Assembly (NCBI GenBank): GCA_964291285.2
Contig: OZ219785.1
Coordinates: 1 to 64,000, forward strand
Source: Alphaproteobacteria bacterium
GTDB taxonomy: Bacteria; Pseudomonadota; Alphaproteobacteria; Bin95
DNA length: 64,000 nt
Reading direction: 5' to 3'
Below, in pieces: positions 10,481 through 20,215 of this stretch (the stretch's first letter is position 1; each line of letters starts with the position of its first letter). The notes below the pieces were generated by a model that was not told the DNA's origin, did not search any database, and saw only the letters and a list, made by a program, of their open reading frames with translations. The position numbers and the translations under genes are program-made.

Positions 10481-10612
10481 CCGTCGCCCCGGACCCCGAT
10501 CCGGGGCCCAGCCTCGGTTCCGGCGGCAGCCCCGGCGGTCCGCCCTGCTCTGCACCGGCTGCGGCGGCACCCGGAGTCAGGGATGGGTCTCCGCCTTCGC
10601 GGGGACGACGGA
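10481..10612. repeat. REP/RIME-like palindromic element
   Basis: CCGTCGCCCCGGACCCCGATCCGGGGCCCA ... TGGGTCTCCGCCTTCGCGGGGACGACGG; each arm is a hairpin and the outer ends are complementary. Confidence 0.55.
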
Positions 10613-10898
10613 GGGGGCAAAGGCCCGCGCAGCAAGGCCGTCGGGCGCATCGGATGCACGCCCACACGAAATCCGTGCATGCGGCAGGCAAGCGAAGGAG
10701 GGAGACAGGCACGGCCCTATGACCGAACAGGCAACAGGATATGCGCCCGCGGCATGCTGATCATGACATTCCATGACATATCGCAAGGGGAGCCCGCCCG
10801 CCCGCATGACAAAACATGACATCTCATGACATCCCATGACATGCAGCGCCCCTGCCCCGCTCCGCTGCCGGCGCATGCCGGGCCGCGGCGGGCGGGCG

Positions 10899-12449
10899 TC
10901 ACCTGCCGGTGGCGCGGGCGAGCGCCCAGGCGGGCAGCAGGGCGAGCACGAACAGGGACGCCATCACTAGGAAGCCGTCCTGGAACGAGAAGGCGGTGGC
11001 CTGCGCGAACACGGCCTGGCCCAGCCAGTCGAGCGCCGCCCGCCGGGTCTCCGCTTCCGGCAGGCCGGCCGGGCCCAGCAGCATGCCGAGCGCCGCCAGC
11101 AGGTCGCGCGAGGCGGCATTGTCGGGGGTCTGCGTCACCGCCAGCGCCTCGGAATAGACCAGCATGCGCGATTCCAGCACCAGCACGATCACGCCGGTGC
11201 CGGTGCCGCCGCCGAGCTGGCGGAAGAAGTTGATCGCGCCGCCCGCCTGGTTGAGCCGGTCCTGCGGCAGGGCCGAAAGCGCCGCCGTCATCAGCGCCGG
11301 ATTGATCCAGGCCATGCCGAAGCGGCTGATGCCGGCGAAGAAGACGAGCGACCAGTAGGGCGTGTTCGCGTCCGCGACCGAGAGCAGCGCGGTGCCGGCG
11401 GCGAAGAGGAGCAGCCCGCCCATGACCGGGATCCAGGTCGGCATGATGTCCGAGGCGCGGCCCGTCAGCGGCAGCATCGCCATGACGAGCAGGCTCGCCG
11501 GCAGCAGCAGCAGGCCGGCTTCGGTCGCCGTCTGGTTCTGCACCAGCTGGCCGAACACCGGGATGGCGTAGCTGGTGGCGAAATTGCCGGCGCCGAACAC
11601 CACGGCGATGCAGACCGCCGAGGCGAACGCCCTGTTGCGCAGGAGCGAGAGGTCCAGCAGCGAGGCGCCCGGGCGCATCTGCGAGGCCAGGAAGAGCGCG
11701 CCGGTGACGATGCCGAGCGCCGACTGGAACAGGATCGCGTCCGAGGTCCAGCCGAGCCGGAGCCCGGTCGAGAGCACGGACATGAGGCAGAAGAGGGCCG
11801 TGCAGAGCAGCGCGTAGCCCGACCAGTCGAAGCGCGGGAAGGGCCGGCGCGGCCGGGCCTGCGGCATGAACACCAGGCCGAGGAAGAAGGAGATCGCGAC
11901 GAAGGGCAGGGTGACGATGAAGATGTGGCGCCAGGACAGCAGGTCTATGGTGACGCCGCCGACCACCGGCCCGATGCCGAGCGCCAGCGCCAGCGCCATC
12001 GTGTAGATGCCCATCGCCATGCCGCGCCGGTCCGCCGGGAAGACCTGGAAGACGGTCACCATCACCAGCGGCTGCACCACGCCCGAGGCGAAGCCCTGGA
12101 TCACCCGCCCGGCGATGATGAAGTCGAGCGTCGGGCCGAACGCCGCCATCAGCCCGCCCAGGAAGAAGAGCGCGATGACGATGAGGAAGGTGTGCCGCTG
12201 GCCGAAGCGCGCGACGAACCAGGCGTTGAGGAGCTGGCTCGCCGTCATGGAGACGATGAAGCCCGTGGTCAGCAACTGCGCCCGGTCCTGCCCGACCCCG
12301 TAGGCGCCCATGACGTCGGGCACGGCCACCGCCACCACCGTGCCGGTCAGCACCATGGTGAAGGAGGCCGTCATGCCGGTGAAGGTCGCGAGCCATCGAT
12401 AGGCCGGGCCGAACCGGGCGTAGAGGGCCTCGACGGTCTCTTCGGTCAA
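10899..12449 (-). CDS. DHA2 (EmrB/QacA) MFS transporter
   Basis: Many TM segments; GRVIQGFASG, GPVVGG, WRHIFIV, NFFRQLGG. Confidence 0.9.
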   Translation of the reverse strand: MTEETVEALYARFGPAYRWLATFTGMTASFTMVLTGTVVAVAVPDVMGAYGVGQDRAQLLTTGFIVSMTASQLLNAWFVARFGQRHTFLIVIALFFLGGLMAAFGPTLDFIIAGRVIQGFASGVVQPLVMVTVFQVFPADRRGMAMGIYTMALALALGIGPVVGGVTIDLLSWRHIFIVTLPFVAISFFLGLVFMPQARPRRPFPRFDWSGYALLCTALFCLMSVLSTGLRLGWTSDAILFQSALGIVTGALFLASQMRPGASLLDLSLLRNRAFASAVCIAVVFGAGNFATSYAIPVFGQLVQNQTATEAGLLLLPASLLVMAMLPLTGRASDIMPTWIPVMGGLLLFAAGTALLSVADANTPYWSLVFFAGISRFGMAWINPALMTAALSALPQDRLNQAGGAINFFRQLGGGTGTGVIVLVLESRMLVYSEALAVTQTPDNAASRDLLAALGMLLGPAGLPEAETRRAALDWLGQAVFAQATAFSFQDGFLVMASLFVLALLPAWALARATGR

Positions 12450-12489
12450 CCGCGCATGTCCGGGCCGCGCAGGCGGCGGGCCCGGCCCT

Positions 12490-13518
12490 TCACCCGCGCG
12501 CCCCGGCGAATCCTCCGAGGAAGGCGGACAGGTTGGCCCCGAGCGCCTCCAGGTTGTAGCCGCCCTCCTGCACCAGCACGCTCGGCAGGCCGAGCGCGCC
12601 GATCCGCCGGCCGACCTCGCCGAAGCCGGGCGTGGTCACGCGCAGGACGCCGATGGGGTCGGCCTCGAAGGCGTCGAAACCGGTGGAGACCAGCAGCGCA
12701 TCCGGCGCGAAATGGCGGACCGCCTCCAGCCCCTCGTCCAGCGCCGCGAGGAACGCCGCATCGTCCGCGCCGGGCGCGAGCGGCAGGTTGAGGTTGTAGC
12801 CGCGCCCGTCGCCCTCGCCGATCTCGTTCTCGTAGCCGGCGAAGAAGGGGAAATAGTCGGCCGGGTCGCCGTGCAGCGAGACGAACAGCACGTCCCGCCG
12901 GCGCCAGAAGATGCCCTGGGTGCCGTTGCCGTGGTGGACGTCGAAATCGAGGATCGCGACCCGGCTGCGCTCGCGGCGCATATATTCGGCGGCGATGGCG
13001 ATGTTGTTCAGGTAGCAGAAGCCGCCGGCGAGGTCGGAGAAGGCGTGGTGGCCGGGCGGGCGGCAGAGCGCATAGACGGCGTCCTCGCCGTCGAGCACGA
13101 GGCGCGCGGCATGGGTCGCGACGTGGGCGGCCGCGCTTGCCGCCTCCCAGCTGCCCTCGACAATGGGAGAACTGCCGGTCGCCATGTAGTAGCCCGCCTG
13201 GCCCTCGATGCCGCTCGGGCGCCCGTGCATGTGGCGGCCGGGATGGGCGTAGGGCTGCACCGCCGGCGTCGGGTCGGGGAGCTTCCGCCAGCGTATCCAC
13301 GCGTTCTCCAGGAAGGCGAGATAGGCGGGGTCGTGGACCGCGGCCCTCGGCGCGCGCCCGTAGTCGGGCGGCTCGACGACCTCGTGCCCGTCCCGCCGCA
13401 CGGCGGCGAGCAGCTCCTCCGCCCGCTCCGCCACCTCCCAGTGCGGCACTTCCACGCCGCGCGTCAGGATGGTCGGCGGCCGGTGGCGCTCATGCGCCGC
13501 TGTGTAGACGGTTTTCAC
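12490..13518 (-). CDS. Histone deacetylase family / acetylpolyamine amidohydrolase
   Basis: RPPGHHA, GGFCYLNN, DFDVHHGNGTQ, QEGGY. Confidence 0.93.
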   Translation of the reverse strand: MKTVYTAAHERHRPPTILTRGVEVPHWEVAERAEELLAAVRRDGHEVVEPPDYGRAPRAAVHDPAYLAFLENAWIRWRKLPDPTPAVQPYAHPGRHMHGRPSGIEGQAGYYMATGSSPIVEGSWEAASAAAHVATHAARLVLDGEDAVYALCRPPGHHAFSDLAGGFCYLNNIAIAAEYMRRERSRVAILDFDVHHGNGTQGIFWRRRDVLFVSLHGDPADYFPFFAGYENEIGEGDGRGYNLNLPLAPGADDAAFLAALDEGLEAVRHFAPDALLVSTGFDAFEADPIGVLRVTTPGFGEVGRRIGALGLPSVLVQEGGYNLEALGANLSAFLGGFAGARG

Positions 13519-13602
13519 GGCAGGCCCTCCCCGCCCGCCAGCCTAGCAGCCCGGCCGGGGTGCGAGGAAGAGCCGCCCGAGCCGGTGCGCCGGACCGGCC
13601 CC

Positions 13603-14613
13603 CTACTCCGCCACCTTCACGCACATCTTGCCGAAATTGTCGCCGTGGAAGAGGCCGATGAAGGCGCCGGGGGCGGCCTCCAGGCCCTCCACCACCGTCT
13701 CGCGCCAGCGGAGCCTGCCGTCGCGGATCCAGCCGCCGACATCGGTAAGGAAATCGTCGGTGCGCTCGCGGTGGTCGGAGACGATGAAGCCCTGCATGCG
13801 GATGCGCCGGCCGACCACAAGGAACAGATTGTTCGGGCCCGGCCTCGGCGCGCTGTCGTTGTAGCCCGCGATCATGCCGCAGGCGACGATCCGGCCGAAG
13901 AAGTTCATCTGCGAGAGCGCGGCCTGGAGGTGCTCGCCGCCCACATTCTCGAAATAGACGTCGATGCCGTCCGGGCAGGCGGCGGCGAGCGCGGCCTCAA
14001 GGTCCCCGCAGGTCCTGTAATTGATCGCGGCGTCCACCCCGGCCTCGTCTCTGAGCCAGGCGCATTTCTCGTCCGAGCCGGCGGAGCCGACCACGCGGCA
14101 GCCCTTCAGCTTCGCGATCTGGCAGACGACCGCACCGACCGCGCCCGAGGCCGCCGAGACGAACACCGTCTCGCCCTCCTTCGGCCGGCCGATGTCGAGC
14201 AGGCCGACATAGGCCGTCTGGCCCGGCATGCCGAGCACGCCGATATTGGCCTGGAGCGGCGCGATGTCCGGGTCGACGGCCCGGAGCGCCTTGCCGTCGG
14301 CGGCGTGGTAGTCGCGCCAGCCGCCGCCGGTGCCGAACACATGCGCGCCGACGGGGAAGCGCCCGCCCTTCGACTCCTCGACGCGCCCGACGAAATAGCC
14401 GTCCAGCGGCTCGCCGATCTGGAACGGCGGCGCATAGCTCTTCCGGTCGCTGATGCGGCCGCGGATATAGGGATCGACCGACATCCAGAGCGTGCGGACC
14501 AGCATCTCGCCCTCGCCGGCGACCGGCATGGGCGTGGTCTCCATGGCGAAATTCTCCGGCGCCGGCAGGCCGACAGGCCGGCTCTTCAGAACGATCTGGC
14601 GATTCTCGGTCAT
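13603..14613 (-). CDS. NADP-dependent oxidoreductase (CurA/PTGR-like, MDR)
   Basis: SVDPYIRG, LGMPGQTAY, VSAASGAVG, GIDVYFENVGG, GDNFGK. Confidence 0.92.
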   Translation of the reverse strand: MTENRQIVLKSRPVGLPAPENFAMETTPMPVAGEGEMLVRTLWMSVDPYIRGRISDRKSYAPPFQIGEPLDGYFVGRVEESKGGRFPVGAHVFGTGGGWRDYHAADGKALRAVDPDIAPLQANIGVLGMPGQTAYVGLLDIGRPKEGETVFVSAASGAVGAVVCQIAKLKGCRVVGSAGSDEKCAWLRDEAGVDAAINYRTCGDLEAALAAACPDGIDVYFENVGGEHLQAALSQMNFFGRIVACGMIAGYNDSAPRPGPNNLFLVVGRRIRMQGFIVSDHRERTDDFLTDVGGWIRDGRLRWRETVVEGLEAAPGAFIGLFHGDNFGKMCVKVAE

Positions 14614-14748
14614 CGGGCATCCCTCCTCTCGGGCGGCGGGAAACATGCCTTCGCAACGCAACGAAGGCAAGAATGAAGCCTTGGCTTTATTTTTCTGCCT
14701 TGCATGCAGTTTTATGTCGGAACGGGAGATTGCCGTCAGGGCTTATCC

Positions 14749-15660
14749 ATGCCATTTTTCTCCGTCATGCGCAGGCTCACGGCATTGCTCCTCGCCCTGC
14801 CGGCCCTCGCCGCGCCGCCCGTCTCGGCGGCGATAGACCGGGGGCCGGTCGCCACGATCGCCATGATCGCCGAGCCGCTCGGCATCGACGGCCTGATGGG
14901 GCCGGGCGTGGACCCGCACCTCTACAAGATGACGCGGGCCGACATCGCCCGGCTGATCGAGGCCCCGCACCTCCTCTATTGCGGCCTCGGCCTGGAGGGC
15001 AAGATGCTGGACGCCTTCGCGCGCCTGGCCGCGTCCGGCAAGCCGGTAATCGCCGTCTGCGAGACGGTGCCCGAGGCAAAGCGCCTGCAGGCTGCCGCCG
15101 GCTATGCGGGCGCGGCAGACCCGCATCTGTGGATGGACCCCGCGCTCTGGGCCGAGGCGCTGGCAGCCGCCGCCGACCGGCTCGGCGTCCCGGCCCCGGA
15201 CGGTTTCGCGCGCCTCGACGCCTATGCCCGCGCCAGCATCGCCAGCATCCCGCCGGAAGCGCGCGTGCTCGTCACCGCCCATGACGCGTTTGCCTATTTC
15301 GGCCGCCGCTACGGGCTGGAGGTGGTCGGCATCCAGGGCGTCAACACCGAGTCCGAAGCGGGGCTCCGCGCCATTGAGGAGGCGGTCGAGACCGTCGTCG
15401 CGCGCCGGCTTCCCGCGGTCTTCGTTGAATCGACGGTCTCCGACCGCAATGTGGGCGCCATCGTCGAGGGCGCGGCGGCGCGCGGGCACCGGGTCGCGGT
15501 CGGCGGGCGGCTGTTCTCGGACGCAATGGGGCCGGAGGGCACCTATGAGGGGACCTATATCGGCATGATCGACCACAATGTCACCACCATCGCGCGCGCG
15601 CTCGGCGGCCAGGCGCCGGAGCGCGGGATGCAGGGAAAGCTCGGGGTCCATGACCGCTGA
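14749..15660 (+). CDS. Mn/Zn ABC transporter substrate-binding protein (TroA-like)
   Basis: GPGVDPHLY, DPHLWMDP, TAHDAFAYFG, LFSDAMG; signal peptide. Confidence 0.92.
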   Translation: MPFFSVMRRLTALLLALPALAAPPVSAAIDRGPVATIAMIAEPLGIDGLMGPGVDPHLYKMTRADIARLIEAPHLLYCGLGLEGKMLDAFARLAASGKPVIAVCETVPEAKRLQAAAGYAGAADPHLWMDPALWAEALAAAADRLGVPAPDGFARLDAYARASIASIPPEARVLVTAHDAFAYFGRRYGLEVVGIQGVNTESEAGLRAIEEAVETVVARRLPAVFVESTVSDRNVGAIVEGAAARGHRVAVGGRLFSDAMGPEGTYEGTYIGMIDHNVTTIARALGGQAPERGMQGKLGVHDR

Positions 15661-16405
15661 CACGCAGTCCGCTTCTCCCTTCGAGGCAAACGGGCTCACG
15701 GTCGCGCTCGGCGGCCGGCCCGTGCTCTGGAACGTCGATGTCCGGCTGCCGGTGCGCGGCATGTCGGCCGTCGTCGGGCCCAACGGCGCCGGCAAGTCCA
15801 CCCTCTTCAAGGCGGCGCTCGGTCTGGCCCCGGTGCTCACCGGCCAGGTGCGCCTGCTTGGCGAGCCGGTCGCGCGGGTCCGCCGCCGCATCGCCTACAT
15901 GCCGCAGCGCAACAGCGTCGACTGGGACTTCCCGGTCTGCGCCCGCGACGTGGCGGCCATGGGCCTCTACGGCCGGGTCGGCTGGTTCCGGCGCCTCGCG
16001 AAGCGTCATCTGGAGGCCGCGGACGCCGCGCTGGAGCGGGTGGGCCTCGCCGACTTCCGCAATCGCCAGATCGGGCAGCTCTCGGGCGGCCAGCAACAGC
16101 GCGTCTTCCTCGCCCGCGCACTGGCCCAGGAAGCCGAGCTTCTGCTGCTGGACGAGCCCTTCTCCGGCATCGATACCGCCTCCGAAGCAGCGATACTGGA
16201 CGTGCTGGCCGGCCTCGAAGGCGAGGGACGGCATATCGTGTGCATCCACCACGACCTGCGCACGGTCGCCGCTTATTTCGACCATGTGACGGTGCTGAAC
16301 GCCGTCGCCATAGCGAGCGGCCCTCCGGCCGAAGCTCTCGGCGAGGAGACTCTCCGGCGCGCCTATGATGCCTCCGGCCTGAGGCCGCGCGCGCTGGCGG
16401 CCTGA
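15650..16405 (+). CDS. Metal ABC transporter ATPase (TroB-like)
   Basis: GPNGAGKST, LSGGQQQR, LLDEPF, HHDL. Confidence 0.93.
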   Translation: MTADTQSASPFEANGLTVALGGRPVLWNVDVRLPVRGMSAVVGPNGAGKSTLFKAALGLAPVLTGQVRLLGEPVARVRRRIAYMPQRNSVDWDFPVCARDVAAMGLYGRVGWFRRLAKRHLEAADAALERVGLADFRNRQIGQLSGGQQQRVFLARALAQEAELLLLDEPFSGIDTASEAAILDVLAGLEGEGRHIVCIHHDLRTVAAYFDHVTVLNAVAIASGPPAEALGEETLRRAYDASGLRPRALAA

Positions 16406-17553
16406 TGATCGGAGCCGGCGACGGCCTGCTGGAGGCGCTGACCTTCCGGGCCGGCTACAACACCGGCGTGGTCATGGCGGGCGCGGCGGCGCTGGGGGCC
16501 GCCGCCGGCGGCGTCGGGGCCTTCCTCCTGCTGCGGGCGCGGGCGATGGCGGCCGATGCGGTCGGCCACGCGACGCTGCCGGGCATCGTGCTCGCCTTCA
16601 TCGCCGCGGGCGCGCTGGGGGCCGAGGGCCGCGCCCTGCCGGCGCTGCTCGCCGGGGCGGCGCTGACCGGCATTCTCGGCATGGCCGCCGCCGAGGCCCT
16701 GACGCGCCGCACCCGCCTCGCCCCGGACGCCGCCATCGCGATTGCGCTCAGCGTCTTCTATGCCGTCGGCATCGTGCTGCTCTCCTGGGTGCAGACCCTG
16801 CCGACGGGCAGCCAGGGCGGGCTCGAAAGCTTCATCCTGGGCCAGGCTGCGGCGCTGTCCGCGGCCGAAGCTGCCGGGCTGGCCGTGGCCGCGCTGCTGG
16901 CGCTCGGCCTGCTGCTGGCGCTGTTCCGCCCGCTCGGCCTGCTCTGCTTCGACGAGAACCATGCGCGTGCGCGCGGCTGGCCCGTAGCCGGGCTGGATGC
17001 GGCGCTGCTCGGCCTCGGCGTGCTGGTCACGGTGCTCGGCCTCCAGTCGGTCGGGCTGGTGCTGGTGGTCGCCCTGCTCATCCTGCCGGCGGTGGCGGCG
17101 CGGTTCTGGTCCGAGCGGCTCGCGGGCATCTTCTGGCTCTCGGTCGGCTTCGGCGCCGGCGGCGCGTTTCTGGGCGCGGCCGCCTCATCCGTCTGGTTGC
17201 GCGCGCCCACCGGCGCTTCCATCGTGCTGGCGCTCGGACTCGTCTTCGCCGCGAGCCGGCTGGCGGCGCCCCGGCGCGGCATCGTCGCGGAAGCCTTTCG
17301 GCGCGGCGCGGCCGGCTGGCGGCTGCGCGCCGCACGGGCATTGCAGGCCGGACGCGGCTATCCGGGCGCCGGCCTGTTCGGCTGGCGGCGCGGCGGAAGG
17401 CCCACGGCGCGGGGCGCGGCGGCGGTCGCCCGGCTCGAACTCTGGGACCGCTGCCTCGCGGAAGCGCCGGAGGCGCTGCCGGCCGGCCTCGCCTGGGGCA
17501 TCGATCCGCTGCCGCCGGAAGCGCTGGCGCAGTTGGGCGAGACGGGACGGTGA
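16405..17553 (+). CDS. Metal ABC permease (TroC-like)
   Basis: DAVGHATLPG motif, hydrophobic, in operon. Confidence 0.9.
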   Translation: MIGAGDGLLEALTFRAGYNTGVVMAGAAALGAAAGGVGAFLLLRARAMAADAVGHATLPGIVLAFIAAGALGAEGRALPALLAGAALTGILGMAAAEALTRRTRLAPDAAIAIALSVFYAVGIVLLSWVQTLPTGSQGGLESFILGQAAALSAAEAAGLAVAALLALGLLLALFRPLGLLCFDENHARARGWPVAGLDAALLGLGVLVTVLGLQSVGLVLVVALLILPAVAARFWSERLAGIFWLSVGFGAGGAFLGAAASSVWLRAPTGASIVLALGLVFAASRLAAPRRGIVAEAFRRGAAGWRLRAARALQAGRGYPGAGLFGWRRGGRPTARGAAAVARLELWDRCLAEAPEALPAGLAWGIDPLPPEALAQLGETGR

Positions 17554-18458
17554 GCCTTTTCTGGCAGGTCGATTTCCCGGCGCTCATGGCGGCCGGCCTC
17601 GCCTCCGGGCTCTGCGCGCTGCTTGGCAACTTCCTCGTGCTGCGGCGCGAGAGCCTGCTGGGCGACGCCATCGCCCATGCGGTGCTGCCCGGCATCGTCG
17701 GCGGCTTCCTGCTGGCGGGCGCGCTGGCGGCATCCGCCATGCTCGCAGGCGCCCTTGCCGCCGCGCTGGTCGCGGCGGGCGCAATCCATATCGTGCGCCG
17801 CCTGGGCCGCATCGAGCCGGGCGCGGCAATGGGCGCGGTCTTCACGGTCATGTTCGCAGCCGGCGTGTTCATGCTGGAGCAGGCGGCCGGGCGGAACCTG
17901 CACATCGACGCCGATTGCGTGCTCTACGGCCAGCTTGAGGACATCCTCTGGCTCGACGCGCCGGACATAAGCGCGCTGCCGCGCGAGGTCTGGACGCTCC
18001 TGGGCGTCTTTGCCGCGGCGGCCGCGGCGGTCCTCCTGCTGGCGAAGGAGATCAGGCTCGCCGTCTTCGACCCCGCCTTCGCCGCCGCGTTGGGGCTCCG
18101 TCCCGGGCTCGTCCATCTGGGCCTTGTGCTGTTCGTGGCGGCGGCCTCGATCGCCTCGTTCGAGGCTGTCGGCTCGATCCTTGTGATCGCCATGCTGATC
18201 TGCCCGCCGGCTGCCGCGCGCCTCATGACCGACACCTACCGCACGCAGATCCTGTTGAGTGTGGCGCTCGGCGTGGGCGCGGCCTTCGCCGGCTACGGCC
18301 TCGCCGGCTTCGCGCCGGCGCTGTTCGGCGCCGACTGGTCGCTCAACGCCGCCGGCTGCATCGCCGCCGTCTCCGGCCTCGCCGTGGCCGCCGCCGCCCT
18401 CTTCGGCCCCCGGCGCCATTCGGTCGCCGCGGGCGCGGCAAGCCTCGGTGGAGGGTAG
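17550..18458 (+). CDS. Metal ABC permease (TroD-like)
   Basis: GDAIAHAVLPG, FDPAFA, AVGSILVIAMLI; GTGA overlap. Confidence 0.9.
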   Translation: MSLFWQVDFPALMAAGLASGLCALLGNFLVLRRESLLGDAIAHAVLPGIVGGFLLAGALAASAMLAGALAAALVAAGAIHIVRRLGRIEPGAAMGAVFTVMFAAGVFMLEQAAGRNLHIDADCVLYGQLEDILWLDAPDISALPREVWTLLGVFAAAAAAVLLLAKEIRLAVFDPAFAAALGLRPGLVHLGLVLFVAAASIASFEAVGSILVIAMLICPPAAARLMTDTYRTQILLSVALGVGAAFAGYGLAGFAPALFGADWSLNAAGCIAAVSGLAVAAAALFGPRRHSVAAGAASLGGG

Positions 18459-18461
18459 GCG

Positions 18462-19061
18462 GTGAGCGTTCGCGGCGGCCTGCGCTTCGCCACCCTCGGG
18501 CCGGCGGGAACCAACCACGATCTCGTCGCCCGGCGGTATCTGGCGTTCCACGGGCTCGACGATGCGGAGGTCCTGCTCATCGACGACTTCTTCGAGGGCC
18601 TGGCGATGATGGCCGGCGGGCGGGCCGATTTCATGGTCCAGGTCGCGGTCCATCCCGACTGCGCCGATACCGTGTCGAAGGCGCATTTCGACTACGGCAT
18701 CCGCATTATCGACACCTTCATCTCGCCGAGCAGGGAACTCGGCATCCTCACGCGGGCGGAGGTGGACGAGCCGAGGACGCTCGCGCTGCAGCCCGCCACG
18801 CGGGGCTATGCGGACATCTCTGCCTGGCCGGACCATGTGCCCGTAAGCTCGATCATGCGGATTGCCGAGGGCCTGCTGGAGGGGCGGTACGACAGCGGCC
18901 TCACGACCCTGGAGTTCGCCGAGCGCCATCCGGGGCGGTTCCGCGTCGATGCCGTCATCGGCACGGTGGACGATCCCTGGCTTGTCTACGGGCGAAAGCG
19001 CGTTGCAGACGGCGGCCTCATCGCCTGGCCCGAAAGCCCCGGGAGCCGGCAATTCCGCTGA
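18462..19061 (+). CDS. Hypothetical protein with prephenate-dehydratase-like (PBP2) N-terminus
   Basis: FATLGPAGTNH resembles the PheA-type LGPxGT motif; GGAGG RBS. Confidence 0.55.
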   Translation: MSVRGGLRFATLGPAGTNHDLVARRYLAFHGLDDAEVLLIDDFFEGLAMMAGGRADFMVQVAVHPDCADTVSKAHFDYGIRIIDTFISPSRELGILTRAEVDEPRTLALQPATRGYADISAWPDHVPVSSIMRIAEGLLEGRYDSGLTTLEFAERHPGRFRVDAVIGTVDDPWLVYGRKRVADGGLIAWPESPGSRQFR

Positions 19062-19099
19062 CGGCCCGGAACCGTTTGCAGGCGCGCGGTCAAGAAATC

Positions 19100-20041
19100 T
19101 CAAACATCCGCGAAACGGTGGTCGGGATGCACCGGGTGGTGCGGGGCGTGGAACAGGAAACGGCGCAGCAGCGTCGGGTAGCCCGCATAGACATGGCCGC
19201 CGGCCTCGGCCGTGTAGTGCCCGCGCCGGGCGGCGAACGCCGCCGGGATGGCGTGCCAGGGCAGATCCGGGCGGCTGTGATGCACGACATGGAGATTGTT
19301 GTTGAGATAGAGGAGCCGGCCGAGCGGTCCGCCAAGAACGATGGCGGTCCGCCGGTCCCTCTCTGCTGCCGGATGGTGCTCGGCGTAAGACCGCAGCAGG
19401 GTGAGCGACAGCCCCGGATAGGCGAACAGGACGACATAGGCGCCGACGGACAGGTCGGAGGCGAACAGGACCCAGCCGAGAACGAGAGCGACCCCGAGAC
19501 TGTGGCGCAGCCAGACGCCGCCATTTGCAAGACCGCCGGAACGGGCCCGCCGGAACTCCGACTGCAACAATGCGAAGGCCGCCAGCGCGGGCCCCAGCGT
19601 CAGGCGGCCGAAGAGCGTCCGGTTGACCCGCAGCAGCAGCCGGCGCGGCCGGCCCATGCGGTTCCAGTCGGCCTGCCGGACGAAACAGGATTCGGTGTCC
19701 TCGAGCGGGTCGGTCAGGGCCGGGCAGGCATGGTGGCGCAAGTGGGTGTCGCGGTAGATCTCGTAGGGTGTCAACAAGCCGAGCGGCAGCCAGGCGAGCG
19801 CCGTGTTGAAGCGCGCCGAGCGCGTGGGATGTCCGTGCACGGTTTCGTGCTGGAGCGAGCCGTGCCAGCAGACGATGAAGGCCCCGGCCGGCAGCAGCAG
19901 CCACCAGGGCAGTGCCCCCGCATGGAAGGTGAGCAGGAGCCATCCGCCGTAGATTGCGCCGGCGACAAGCCAGGTCGGCCATTCCGCGCCGCGCGCCCGC
20001 GGCAAAGCCCGGTTCCGATATGCGCGTTCCTTGCAAGCCAT
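19100..20041 (-). CDS. Membrane fatty acid desaturase family protein
   Basis: His boxes HETVH, HLRHH, HVVHH; TM segments. Confidence 0.85.
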   Translation of the reverse strand: MACKERAYRNRALPRARGAEWPTWLVAGAIYGGWLLLTFHAGALPWWLLLPAGAFIVCWHGSLQHETVHGHPTRSARFNTALAWLPLGLLTPYEIYRDTHLRHHACPALTDPLEDTESCFVRQADWNRMGRPRRLLLRVNRTLFGRLTLGPALAAFALLQSEFRRARSGGLANGGVWLRHSLGVALVLGWVLFASDLSVGAYVVLFAYPGLSLTLLRSYAEHHPAAERDRRTAIVLGGPLGRLLYLNNNLHVVHHSRPDLPWHAIPAAFAARRGHYTAEAGGHVYAGYPTLLRRFLFHAPHHPVHPDHRFADV

Positions 20042-20164
20042 CGAAATCGGAGCTCCTTGCCGCCGGGTCCTCGGGCACCCATTGCGAACAGCCGGAAGCC
20101 GGACCGGCAACGAGGGAATTGCAACGCAATGTCACAAAGAGCCGTAAATTCAAAAATATGTTGA

Positions 20165-20184
20165 GAATATTCTGCAGAATGTTC
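20165..20184. promoter_or_regulatory. Palindromic candidate operator GAATATTCTG|CAGAATGTTC
   Basis: 20-bp inverted repeat with one mismatch between the divergent desaturase and XRE regulator. Confidence 0.5.
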
Positions 20185-20215
20185 ATAAAAACTACAGATT
20201 CGGCGGCAGCGGCTC

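Larger units (their letters stand above)
10040..10842 (+). repeat. Dispersed element copy A: promoter, conserved ~120-nt GC-rich motif (10180-10295), phased CATGAC array
   Basis: Aligns by eye with the reverse complement of parts of 22937-23520. Confidence 0.75.

Noticed and set aside
14695-14715. TGCATGCA palindrome as a metal-regulator box upstream of the TroA-like gene
   Set aside because: Too short, and I cannot match it confidently to Zur, Mur or MntR consensus.
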